Shown here piece after piece: positions 19,325 through 28,787 of a stretch of 64,000 nucleotides of DNA. Both the position numbers and the translations under genes were made by a program. Within the stretch, counting starts at the first letter, position 1, and the number at the start of each line of letters is the position of its first letter. The notes under the pieces were generated by a model. The model made no database searches. It was not told where the DNA came from and saw nothing but the letters and a program-made list of their open reading frames with translations. This DNA comes from an uncultured Eggerthellaceae bacterium (GTDB lineage Bacteria; Actinomycetota; Coriobacteriia; Coriobacteriales; Eggerthellaceae): assembly GCA_910588435.1 (NCBI GenBank), contig CAJUPL010000001.1, forward strand, positions 45,309 through 109,308. Reading direction: 5' to 3'.

Positions 19325-22300
19325 ATGCTGATAGATTCCATAGCGAAGGCTCTGAAGAGGTCCGGTTGCCTTGATGGCTTCTGGGGCAAGCTGGATGAGC
19401 CGGAAGACGCAACGCTTGGGGTAGCCTCATCTGCGCGTCCCATGCTGGTTGCGGCAAGGTTCGCCATCCATCCACAGACCACGCTCTGCGTCATATCCGG
19501 TGAAGATGCCGCTATCTCGCTTGCAAGGAACCTCAGGGCGTACTTAGGCGATGAGAGCGTGCTCCATTTCCCAGAGCGGGTGGATGTTCCAGGTTCTGGC
19601 AAGCCGGCTGATGCCAAGACGATGGCTCTTCGTGCAGAGGCGGCATGGGCACTGGCTTCTGTGAAAGAAGCTCTAGTGGTAGCAAGCGCGCAGTCGCTCA
19701 TCCGCGCGCTCCCACCCGTGTCAGCCGAGGCATTCAAGCCAGTTCGCTTGAGGATCGGAGATGACCTTGCAGATGGGTCAGTTGACGGCGTGGATGACCT
19801 CTCGGGTTTGGCGAAGCTTCTGCAGTCAATGGGATATGAGAACACGGGTGAGCTTGAGGGAAGAGGAACGTTCGCGCTTCATGGTGGCACCCTTGATGTG
19901 TTCGCGGGCAACATGGCCTATCCGGTCCGCTTGGACTTCTTCGGGGATGAGGTGGAGGAGATCCGGCGGATCATCCCAACAACGGGACAGACCATCTCCT
20001 CGGTGGAGAAGATCAGCATCTATCCCGTGACTGACGTGCCCCTTGATGCCGCTACGGAGACGAAGGCTAGGAAGGCCCTAGAGAAGCCAGCGCTCACTGA
20101 CAAGCGATCGCGTGAGCTTCTGAACCTGCTTGATAGCAGATTGAACAGGGAAGTGGCATCCGCGCTCCTGCCATATGTGCACGGCAAGCTCTCCACGCTT
20201 GGGGATCATCTTGGCAAGCGCGATATGTGCGCCTTGATGGAGCCAAGGTCTTTGATGGACAACATGGCGAATTCGAAGGCTGACGCTGATGAGAAGATGT
20301 CCTCATCTGCTCTGCCACTGGGTGCCCTTCTGATGGAGCCTGCCGCTGTGAGCATGGGGGATTGCACGCGTGCAACGTATGTGTCCATCATGCAGGTTGG
20401 ATCTGCTGCAGATGATGATCTTCCAGTGAAGCGGCCAGACGTCTCAGGCAATGAGGAGAGGCTCTTCGGCAAGATGCGCAACTGGATGGAGGCCAGGTAT
20501 CTCTGCATCTTCAGCGTGCCGGATGCAAGGGCCAGGAAGTCCATGGAGCTTGAGTTCGTCGATAGGTCCCTTCCTATCCACGCGGTCTCAGATGACGAAG
20601 ATGATGAGCCCTTGAAGCGCGGCGTGGTCAACATCACAGAAGCTGACATCCCCTTGGGCCTCATCATCCCGAAGGCGAAGCTGGCTTTGGTGTCAATCGA
20701 TGACATGCGCAGGATGAACTCCGAGGCAAGGCAGCGCAGAGCCGTGGACATAACGGAGATAACGTTCCCGTATGCACCTGGTGACTATGTGGTCCATTCC
20801 ACGTACGGCATCGCCTTGTTCAAGGACATCATCCGGCGCGACATGGATGGCGTGGAGCGTGACTACATAGAGCTTGATTATGCCGAAGGGGACAAGCTCT
20901 TCTTGCCTATAGACCAGTTCGACAAGGTGACCAGATACGTGGGACCGGAGGACGTGAAGCCGAAGATCACCCGCTTGGATAGCTCAGATTGGTCGCGCGC
21001 CATGAAGCGCGCGCGGGCTGCAACGCGCAAGCTGGCATTCGATCTGGTGGATGTGTACGCCAGGCGCGCCCAGGCGAAGGGCCGCTCATTCAATGTTCGA
21101 ACTCCGTGGATGCAGCAGATGGAGGAGAGCTTCCCGTATCAGGAGACGCCCGACCAGCTGACCGCTATACAGGACGTGTTCGCTGATATGGAATCCACGA
21201 AGCCCATGGATAGGCTCATCTGCGGAGACGTGGGTTTCGGGAAGACCGAGGTTGCCATAAGGGCTGCCTTCGCCGCCGCTCAAGACAAGCGGCAGGTGAT
21301 GGTCCTCTGTCCAACCACCATCTTGGCGCAACAGCATTACATGAGCTTCAAGGAACGCATGGAGCCCTTCGGCTTGCGCGTTGATGTGCTGTCGCGCTTT
21401 CGCACGCCCAAGGAGCAAGAAGCAAGCTTGGAGGCGTTCGCAAGGGGAGAGGTGGATGTCTTGGTGGGTACGCATCGCTTGCTCTCAAGGGATGTGAACC
21501 CGAAGGACCTGGGGCTTGTGATCATAGATGAGGAGCAGCGCTTCGGCGTGGGTCACAAGGAGCAGTTCAAGAACCTGCGCGAATCCGTTGACGTGCTCAC
21601 GCTGTCAGCCACCCCCATCCCGCGCACAATGCAGATGGCAACGTCGGGCGTTCGCGACATGAGCCTGATCTTGACTCCTCCAGATGACAGGCTTCCTGTG
21701 AAAGTGCATGTTGGCGAATGGGACCCGGATGTGGTGTCTGCGGCCATCAGGTATGAGCTTGCGCGCAAGGGGCAGGTGTATTACGTGAGCAACCGTGTCC
21801 GCACCATAGACGATGCGCTCGCCCGCGTGGCCTCTGCTGCCCCCGAGGCAAGGGTGGGTGTGGCCCACGGCAAGATGACCAAGGATGAGCTTGAGCGCGT
21901 GATGGAGGATTTCGCCGCTGGCAACATAGACGTCATGGTGGCAACCACCATCATCGAGAGCGGCATTGACAACCCGCATACGAACACGCTGATAATAGAG
22001 GACTCGCAGAGGCTGGGGCTGTCGCAGATGTATCAGCTGAAGGGTCGCGTTGGCAGGTCTAGCACGCAAGCCTACGCGTACTTCATGTTCCCTGAGGACG
22101 CATACCTCACAGAGGACGCGCACGCCAGGTTGGAGGCGCTCGCAGACAATCAGGATCTTGGCAGCGGGATGCGCATCGCGCTGAAGGACTTGGAGATCAG
22201 AGGCGCGGGGGATATACTGGGCGCTGAGCAGTCCGGCAACATGAGCCAGGTGGGCTTCGACCTGTTCTCTCAGATGCTCCAGCGTGCTGTGATGGAGATG

Positions 22301-22801
22301 CGTGAGTCCCCTGATGGCAAGGCGCTCCTTGAGCGGGATATGTCCGATGTCACGGTGAGCATCGAAGGGCGCGCGTATCTGTCAGAGGAGTACGTTCCTG
22401 ACATCTCTGAGCGAGTCATCTGGTACAGGCGCATCGCGTGCGCATATGATGTTGATGAGGTTGACGCGTTGGAGCAGGACCTTGCGCGTGAGCATCCGGG
22501 CATGCCGGAGGAGGCGAAGAACCTGTTCAGCAAGGCGCGCCTCCGCGCGTATGCAGCAAGGAAGGGCGCGTCGAACATCTCTGTGAGCGCAGGCAAGCTG
22601 AACATCGAAGGCATCGCGCTGGATAGGGAACAGAGGATAGCGCTCAAGCGCTCAGGCGGCAGATACTTGCCTGAGAAGCGCAAGACCATCGTGCCGATGA
22701 GTCGTGTTCGCAAAGCTGATGATGAGACCTCAGACCCAGCGTCTGATATCTTTGGATACATGAGAGGATTCTTGGAAGGAGAGGTTCCTGATGGCGAATG
22801 A
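19325..22801 (+). CDS. mfd: Transcription-repair coupling factor
   Basis: 1158 aa. It has a UvrB-homology N-terminus, the RNAP-interacting domain (DYVVHSTYGIALF), superfamily-2 helicase motifs GDVGFGKTEVA, IIDEEQRFG and LSATPIPRT, and a TRG/C-terminal domain. Confidence 0.95.
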   Translation: MLIDSIAKALKRSGCLDGFWGKLDEPEDATLGVASSARPMLVAARFAIHPQTTLCVISGEDAAISLARNLRAYLGDESVLHFPERVDVPGSGKPADAKTMALRAEAAWALASVKEALVVASAQSLIRALPPVSAEAFKPVRLRIGDDLADGSVDGVDDLSGLAKLLQSMGYENTGELEGRGTFALHGGTLDVFAGNMAYPVRLDFFGDEVEEIRRIIPTTGQTISSVEKISIYPVTDVPLDAATETKARKALEKPALTDKRSRELLNLLDSRLNREVASALLPYVHGKLSTLGDHLGKRDMCALMEPRSLMDNMANSKADADEKMSSSALPLGALLMEPAAVSMGDCTRATYVSIMQVGSAADDDLPVKRPDVSGNEERLFGKMRNWMEARYLCIFSVPDARARKSMELEFVDRSLPIHAVSDDEDDEPLKRGVVNITEADIPLGLIIPKAKLALVSIDDMRRMNSEARQRRAVDITEITFPYAPGDYVVHSTYGIALFKDIIRRDMDGVERDYIELDYAEGDKLFLPIDQFDKVTRYVGPEDVKPKITRLDSSDWSRAMKRARAATRKLAFDLVDVYARRAQAKGRSFNVRTPWMQQMEESFPYQETPDQLTAIQDVFADMESTKPMDRLICGDVGFGKTEVAIRAAFAAAQDKRQVMVLCPTTILAQQHYMSFKERMEPFGLRVDVLSRFRTPKEQEASLEAFARGEVDVLVGTHRLLSRDVNPKDLGLVIIDEEQRFGVGHKEQFKNLRESVDVLTLSATPIPRTMQMATSGVRDMSLILTPPDDRLPVKVHVGEWDPDVVSAAIRYELARKGQVYYVSNRVRTIDDALARVASAAPEARVGVAHGKMTKDELERVMEDFAAGNIDVMVATTIIESGIDNPHTNTLIIEDSQRLGLSQMYQLKGRVGRSSTQAYAYFMFPEDAYLTEDAHARLEALADNQDLGSGMRIALKDLEIRGAGDILGAEQSGNMSQVGFDLFSQMLQRAVMEMRESPDGKALLERDMSDVTVSIEGRAYLSEEYVPDISERVIWYRRIACAYDVDEVDALEQDLAREHPGMPEEAKNLFSKARLRAYAARKGASNISVSAGKLNIEGIALDREQRIALKRSGGRYLPEKRKTIVPMSRVRKADDETSDPASDIFGYMRGFLEGEVPDGE

Positions 22802-24401
22802 GGTGAGCAGGGTGAGGGTCAGGTTCGCGCCTTCTCCAACGGGCATGCTGCATCTGGGCGGTGCGCGCACTGCTGTGTATAACTGGGCGTTCGCGCGCTC
22901 TCAAGGCGGTAACTTCATCTTGAGGATCGAAGACACTGATCCTGAGCGCTCTACTGAGGAGAACGTGCAGATCATCCTGCGTGCCATGAGGTGGCTCGGG
23001 CTTGACTGGGATGAGGGTCCTGAGGTTGGCGGAAGCGTTGGCCCATACTTTCAAACGCAGAGGATGGAGACGTATTCTGCGGCCTTGCAGGAGCTGAAAT
23101 CCAAGGGGAATGCATATCCGTGCTTCTGCACGAAGGAGAGGCTTGACGCTTGCAGGAAAGAAGCGGAAGCCAAAGAGGGCGGCTACTCTGGGTATGACGG
23201 GCACTGCAGGGACATCCCCGCGAATGAAGCCCGCGCGCGCATAGATGCTGGTGAGCCTCATGTGTGGCGCCTTCGCGTGCCGGAGGGCCATGGCCCCATC
23301 AAGTTCCAAGATGCCGTCTATGGGGATATGTCATTCCCGGCAGACGTCATGGATGACCTGATCTTGGTCCGCTCTGACGGCTCTCCAACGTACAACTTCG
23401 CCGTTGTGTGCGATGACGCGAACATGGGCATCACGCATGTGATCCGCGGAGATGACCATCTGTCCAACACCCCAAGGCAGATACTCATATACGAGGCTCT
23501 GGGCTTCGATGTGCCTACGTTCGCGCATCTCCCCATGATCTTGGGGCCTGATGGCAAGAAGCTGTCAAAGCGCCATGGGGCAACGAATGTGGAAGACTAC
23601 AGGGACAGGGGATATCTGCCAGATGCCATGGTGAACTATCTGGCACTGCTTGGGTGGTCGCTTGATGGAGAGACCACTGAGATACCACGGGACGTCCTTG
23701 CTAGCAAGTTCAGCTTGGATCGCATCTCCAAGAAGGATGCTGTCTTCGATGAGGACAAGCTCACTTGGCTTGATGGCGTGTACACCAGAGGGCTTGATGA
23801 GCAGAAGTGGTTCGACGTTGCCATTCCGTGGTTGGCGTATGCGAACTGGCTCGGCTCAAGCGCGCCCGTTGGCGTGAACATGGTTAGCAGTCTTGATAAG
23901 AATCAGCAGAAGGAAAGGCTGGCGTCCCTGTTGGCGCCTTGGGATGAGGTGCCAGCGGAGGAGTGGCAGGGCAAGCTGGCTGACGTCTCTGACAGGCGCG
24001 AGTGGTATCTGCAGGCTTACCCGTTGGTGGTGGAGCGACAGAACACCTTCAATGAGATCCCGGATAAGCTGGCATACCTCTTCTGGGGTCCGAACGTGCA
24101 GCTTGATGAGAAGAGCGCGAACAAGGTGCTCCTGAAGGATCCTGAGCGTGCAAAGCAGGCGCTGCAGATCTGCCGCGAGGTTTTGGCATCTGATGGCATT
24201 GCTTGGGAGGCAGAGGCTTTGCAGCAAGAGTGCAGGGATAAGGGAGAGGCAGCTGAGATCAAGCCAAAGGACCTCTTCCAGCCTCTGCGCGTGGCCATAG
24301 CTGGCAACATGGTGTCCCCGCCTCTGTTCGAGTCCATAGTGATGCTTCCACGCGAAGACGTCCTTGCGCGCATAGATGGCGTGATGGCGAAGGTGTTCTG
24401 A
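22791..24401 (+). CDS. gltX: Glutamate--tRNA ligase
   Basis: Class I motifs RFAPSPTGMLHLGGARTA (HIGH) and KLSKRHG (KMSKS). It overlaps the mfd stop by 11 nt. Confidence 0.95.
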   Translation: MANEVSRVRVRFAPSPTGMLHLGGARTAVYNWAFARSQGGNFILRIEDTDPERSTEENVQIILRAMRWLGLDWDEGPEVGGSVGPYFQTQRMETYSAALQELKSKGNAYPCFCTKERLDACRKEAEAKEGGYSGYDGHCRDIPANEARARIDAGEPHVWRLRVPEGHGPIKFQDAVYGDMSFPADVMDDLILVRSDGSPTYNFAVVCDDANMGITHVIRGDDHLSNTPRQILIYEALGFDVPTFAHLPMILGPDGKKLSKRHGATNVEDYRDRGYLPDAMVNYLALLGWSLDGETTEIPRDVLASKFSLDRISKKDAVFDEDKLTWLDGVYTRGLDEQKWFDVAIPWLAYANWLGSSAPVGVNMVSSLDKNQQKERLASLLAPWDEVPAEEWQGKLADVSDRREWYLQAYPLVVERQNTFNEIPDKLAYLFWGPNVQLDEKSANKVLLKDPERAKQALQICREVLASDGIAWEAEALQQECRDKGEAAEIKPKDLFQPLRVAIAGNMVSPPLFESIVMLPREDVLARIDGVMAKVF

Positions 24402-24414
24402 CAGGCAAGGCCCT

Positions 24415-24712
24415 TCCTCCTCAATAGCAGGCTGCTGCACCCCCCCCCTTGCGGGCGTCTCCATTGGAGACGCAGCATTGCCCCCTCCTCAATAGTGGGC
24501 GGCTGCATTGCAGCCGCAGTTGCACGCTAGTGCAACGTAACGCAGGCGATAGCCTGCGAACACCCGGCACCCAGCAACTGGTCAGGCAAGGTGGCCTGGC
24601 GCAGACCAACTATCCGGGTGTTTCGGGCTAACGCCCTCATTTCGCTGTGCTGTCGCACAGCTGCGTCGGCAATGCCGACACCCACTCTTAGGGGGACGCC
24701 CACTCTTAAAAA
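24415..24712 (+). repeat. Structured intergenic repeat, copy A1 (core 24495-24685) with extra end modules on both sides
   Basis: The core GTGGGCG..CACCCAC aligns along its length with copies at 30241, 52291, 55631 and 59152(-). An extra left module lies at 24451-24494 and an extra right remnant at 24697-24707. Confidence 0.8.
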
Positions 24713-24799
24713 AGAGGGAGGCTTATAAGAGAGTACGCGTCTGATCTTGAGGAGGTGTCTACTGGAGGAGGGACGATCGCTCACCTATCTATCCTAGAA

Positions 24800-24955
24800 G
24801 TGGGCGTCTCCATTGGAGACGCAGCATTGCCCCCTCTCCACCTGTGGGCGCTTGCATTGCAAGCGCAGCATTGCGATGAGCAATGCGTAACTTGCCCGAC
24901 AGGGCAAGAGCACCCGGAAGCTAGCAACTGGTCAGGAAAGATGGCCTGACGCAGC
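24800..24955 (+). repeat. Structured intergenic repeat, copy A2: one extra left module plus the 5' half of a core (from 24844)
   Basis: It matches the other copies through AGCAACTGGTCAGG..GCCTG and then diverges at about 24955. Confidence 0.7.
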
Positions 24956-25076
24956 ATCGCGATAGGCTGGATGATGGAGAGAATGTGAATTCGATAGGGG
25001 TGCCTGCCTGTGATCATATCGCTTGCTAGCTGTTACGATATCGTTGACCTTAAGTATGCGATCAAGGAGATGGCTC

Positions 25077-28000
25077 ATGGAATTCGCGTCCAGAAGGGGA
25101 ATCCGTGCATTCTTGGCTGTGCTCCTCGCTGTTTCGCTGCTGGGAACCAACGGCATGCAGATTATCTCACAAGCATTTGCGTCCGAGGATGAAGACAATG
25201 CTACCCAACAGCAGGCAACGAGCAGCTCAGACGAGGCTCAAGAGAATGAAACCGCCAGCATCGATGAGGGCGATGATCTGACAGCTGCTGAAGAAGAGCC
25301 TTCTCCGGCTGAGCTTGCTGACCAATCATCTGCTGCTTATGAAGCAACTGAGCCAGGAGAGGCGCTTGAGGAGGCTTCTGAGAATGAGATAGATGTCCAG
25401 ACGCTGGACACTTCCGGTCCTAGGTATGTGTACGAGTACGTTTATGGCATCTTCGGGACTGAATACACGATCGCTTCTGATGAGAAGTCTTCTTCATACG
25501 GAATCAGCCGTGAAAGCGAAGGCGTTCTGCTCTCTGCTACCAAGGGTCAGATATTCCCAGACGGGATAACCGTGTCTGCAGATGCGGTGAATGCGGTGCT
25601 TGAGGGAAGCCCCTCCATAGTATTCAAGCAGAATGGCAAGTATGGCCTGATGGAGTATTCCACTCAGAAGGTCACGCTTGAGCCAGCTTATGACATAGCT
25701 TGCATATACCCAGGAGGAGACAACAAGGACAGATGGGGCTTCATCCAGCTTGGAAGCCAGGCTCAAGATGGGACTTATCCTTCAGCAACTGCTGTCATAT
25801 GCTCACAGAGCACAGAGCTATTCAAGGTGAATCTGCCTGGTTACCTAGAAAAGGGAAGCATAGGATATGGCATTTCATATCCGGACGGCTCTTCAAGCTG
25901 GTATGTCGGATGGAGTGCTTCGTCAGATTCTTCAAGCTCTTATGGTCATCTTTATATAAATGAGAACGAGAACGGCTTCGAAGTAGATGACCGGATATCT
26001 TCTCAGGGAACGAACAGCAGAACATCTACTACCCCAGATGGACATAAGGTCACCTTCACACAAGCGAACGATGAGCCAGTGATGATCTCAGTCACTGACC
26101 CTGACGGAACCAAGCACGAAGACTTTGCGCTAGAGACTAGCCAGACGAACTGGAATAGCTTCCGTACAGTGAGCAATCTGATAGAAGTGAGCGGCTCGGG
26201 CGGATACAGCTATCAGTACTTCATGTTGGATGGTTCGCTCCTGCAAAATGTGAATGGCAGCAGATATGAGCAGCTTGGCAACTACGTGTCTTTCACGGAG
26301 TCTTCCTTTGAGTCTCTTGAGCGTACACAAGTCTTCTTGGACACGTCTGGAAAGGCAGCAGACCCTGTAGAGATGCCCGCTATAGCTGGATCATTCCCAA
26401 ATGGCTATTCATCCAGCTCTAGTGCTGGTGATATCTTCGAATGCATCTCCCCTGAGAACAAGCTCCAGAGATATGACCGCAACTTGAACAAGCTCCTCGA
26501 GTTCGATACCTCGCTGGATATGAAGGCAAGCTACGACCAGGGTACCTCCAGCAGCGAATTGGGCTGGAGCCTCTCTGAGCCTTTCGAAGGTGCTTGGCTC
26601 ATCGAAGAGTGGATAGGCCGCTCGTACGCCCCTAGTGCCAATGCTCTTCGCATCATCAAGGGCAGTACGATCCTTGATTCGAAGGCTCTAGGCTTGGCAT
26701 CACCCCGCTTGTTCAGCAAGGGCTCCTATGGCGGGTACCTCTATCTGATCAGCTATGCTGACCCTTGCTATATGAGGTTCTATAGAAGCGATCTGTCTCC
26801 GTATAAGGAGCTTGATCTTGCTCCGTACGTCCAAGATGGATACAGCATAAGCTCTGTCAGCTTGAGCGAGTATGGCAGCTCTATGGGCTTGTCATTGCTG
26901 AGCATCGGTTCTCGGAATGATAGCTCACAGTATTCTTACAAGAATGTGATCCTAGATAGCAAGTTGGACTTCACTGAATATGAAAACCTGCATCGCTTGT
27001 CTGACGATGTCTATGCAGCTGAGAAGAATGGCAAGTGGGGATTCGTCAGCTCGGATCTGACACCCAGAGGCGAATTCATCTTCGAACGCATCTACTCGAT
27101 CTGGAATGAAGACGGGATCACGCTATTCGAAGCATTCGCTGACAACAGGTATCGGATATTCGACCAGGATCTGAATGATGTCTTTGGTATAGCTGTTGAT
27201 TCATTCGACAGCATAGGAAATCAGCTCTATCTCGTTGACTATGACGGTAATTCTCATCTTTACAGAGAGGACTTGACGGGTAGATTCACTGAGATGTCTC
27301 TTCGCGGCTACCAGCTTGCAAAAGATGGCTGGGGGTCCTCTAGGGTGCTTCTTGACGGCACTCTCATGCTGTATGTCAAGGACGCGCAGGGCAATATCGG
27401 GGCCATAGATGATGCTGGTAAGGTGATCATTCCTATTGAATATAAGAGCTTCGCTGAAGATATGTGCTATTCGAATGACTCTGACTACATCATGCTGAGA
27501 GATGATGGCGGTTGGTTCTTCGTTCCGGTCTCCAGCTTGCAAGCATCAGCTCCGAATGATGACTGTGAGACGCTTGGTCACGATTGGGAGGAGAGCGTCT
27601 ATCAGCCAACTTGCACAACGGATGGCTATACGCAAAAGGTGTGCAAGAGGTGCGGGTTCGCTTACCGAGTTGAAGGAAGCACGGTGCCAGCGCTCGGCCA
27701 TGATTTCGTCCTCACTTCAGCTGCCGTAGAGCCCACTTGCACGGAAGACGGCCACGAGGATGAATTCACTTGCAACAATTGCGGTGAGACAGAGGGTGGC
27801 GAGGTCAGGAAGAACCTCGGCGGACATGTGCTCCCTGATAGCAACTGGGAGGTCACGGAATATCCTACATGCACCGAACCGGGCACATATCAGAATGCAT
27901 GCACACGCTGCGGGGAGATCGTGCAGGAAGCTATTCCCGCCTATGGTCACAGCTGGAGCAGTCTCTATTGGGACTGGAGCAGTGACTATCAAGCATGCAC

Positions 28001-28760
28001 TGCGCAAAGGTCTTGCAGCAACTGCGGTGATGAGGAGAATTACGCTGCAACCGTCACCCACGAAGAGGTTGCGAACGGCATGAGGCATTCAGCTGTTGCC
28101 AAGATAGACGGCATAAACCAGAAGGACGGTCGCATGACGCTCGGCTGGATAGACGCTAACGGCATAGCGCGCAATCTCCTCGTCAAAGGCGCACCCGTGG
28201 CTGACGGATTCTACGCTTGGCCGCAAGGACTCGAGCTGCCAGCAGATGCCAGCAACATTGAGATCAGCGTGACGCCTGTCACCTACGGCGGAGTTTTCGA
28301 CGCGCTCGTTTCCAAGATCGGGGACGGCTGGCCAGCAGGCACGTTCGATGTCCGCTTGAACGTGGATGGCACTGACCTCCACGAGGACTTCGGCATGCTC
28401 TCTTTCGCGTTCCCAGGCGGTCCTGCCAGCCCAGGCAAGAAGGCCGTTGTGCATCATTGCCACAAGGACGACCGCCACAACATCACTTCGCATGAGTCAT
28501 TCGTTACATCAGATGGCATGATCTTACTCGGCGGCATCATCGACCTCTCTACCTTCGCACTAGAGGTGTTGGAGGAGGACAGCGGCATCCTCTCGGACTT
28601 CGGTGACGGCCCGAGCAGGGGGAACTACCCTGTTGGAGACCTTCCACAAACGGGGGATGAGAAGGCCAGTGCTGTCTTCACGTTGTTCGCCATAGCAGAG
28701 CTTGCCCTCTCATTCGGCATCGCTTCGCTCTTGATCTGGAGAAAGCGCAAGGCTGCGTAG
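25077..28760 (+). CDS. Large LPXTG-anchored surface protein with WG-type repeats and four tandem Cys4 modules
   Basis: Signal peptide MEFASRRGIRAFLAVLLAVSLLGTNG..AFA and an acidic low-complexity linker. WG-containing repeats include NGKYGLMEY, DRWGFIQL and NGKWGFVSS. Four GH-x-W/F..CT..G..C-x-x-CG modules lie at nt 27564-28030. LPQTG is at 28641-28655, followed by a TM helix and RKRKAA. The ATG at 25077 follows AAGGAGA. Confidence 0.85.
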   Translation: MEFASRRGIRAFLAVLLAVSLLGTNGMQIISQAFASEDEDNATQQQATSSSDEAQENETASIDEGDDLTAAEEEPSPAELADQSSAAYEATEPGEALEEASENEIDVQTLDTSGPRYVYEYVYGIFGTEYTIASDEKSSSYGISRESEGVLLSATKGQIFPDGITVSADAVNAVLEGSPSIVFKQNGKYGLMEYSTQKVTLEPAYDIACIYPGGDNKDRWGFIQLGSQAQDGTYPSATAVICSQSTELFKVNLPGYLEKGSIGYGISYPDGSSSWYVGWSASSDSSSSYGHLYINENENGFEVDDRISSQGTNSRTSTTPDGHKVTFTQANDEPVMISVTDPDGTKHEDFALETSQTNWNSFRTVSNLIEVSGSGGYSYQYFMLDGSLLQNVNGSRYEQLGNYVSFTESSFESLERTQVFLDTSGKAADPVEMPAIAGSFPNGYSSSSSAGDIFECISPENKLQRYDRNLNKLLEFDTSLDMKASYDQGTSSSELGWSLSEPFEGAWLIEEWIGRSYAPSANALRIIKGSTILDSKALGLASPRLFSKGSYGGYLYLISYADPCYMRFYRSDLSPYKELDLAPYVQDGYSISSVSLSEYGSSMGLSLLSIGSRNDSSQYSYKNVILDSKLDFTEYENLHRLSDDVYAAEKNGKWGFVSSDLTPRGEFIFERIYSIWNEDGITLFEAFADNRYRIFDQDLNDVFGIAVDSFDSIGNQLYLVDYDGNSHLYREDLTGRFTEMSLRGYQLAKDGWGSSRVLLDGTLMLYVKDAQGNIGAIDDAGKVIIPIEYKSFAEDMCYSNDSDYIMLRDDGGWFFVPVSSLQASAPNDDCETLGHDWEESVYQPTCTTDGYTQKVCKRCGFAYRVEGSTVPALGHDFVLTSAAVEPTCTEDGHEDEFTCNNCGETEGGEVRKNLGGHVLPDSNWEVTEYPTCTEPGTYQNACTRCGEIVQEAIPAYGHSWSSLYWDWSSDYQACTAQRSCSNCGDEENYAATVTHEEVANGMRHSAVAKIDGINQKDGRMTLGWIDANGIARNLLVKGAPVADGFYAWPQGLELPADASNIEISVTPVTYGGVFDALVSKIGDGWPAGTFDVRLNVDGTDLHEDFGMLSFAFPGGPASPGKKAVVHHCHKDDRHNITSHESFVTSDGMILLGGIIDLSTFALEVLEEDSGILSDFGDGPSRGNYPVGDLPQTGDEKASAVFTLFAIAELALSFGIASLLIWRKRKAA

Positions 28761-28787
28761 GGGAGCGGACTAGCGCTAGTTGGTGCC

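Noticed and set aside
24449-24631. Short ORFs lying inside the structured repeats share peptide strings such as PGTQQLVRQ..YPG(V/I)SG. Examples are 24449-24631, 52330-52545, 52304-52552, 55440-55676 and 59120-59365 (minus strand). They might suggest a repeated small protein.
   Set aside because: Differences between copies are paired compensatory changes in stems. The indels are not multiples of three, and no SD or start is conserved. The shared peptide simply reflects the invariant nucleotide block AGCAACTGGTCAGG.
24415-24955. A possible CRISPR array, given the repeated hairpin units GTGGGCG-stem-CGCAGCATTGC.
   Set aside because: The units differ in stem sequence, there are at most two or three per locus, and spacing is irregular. 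They occur in both orientations flanking a conserved core, and no cas genes are present.
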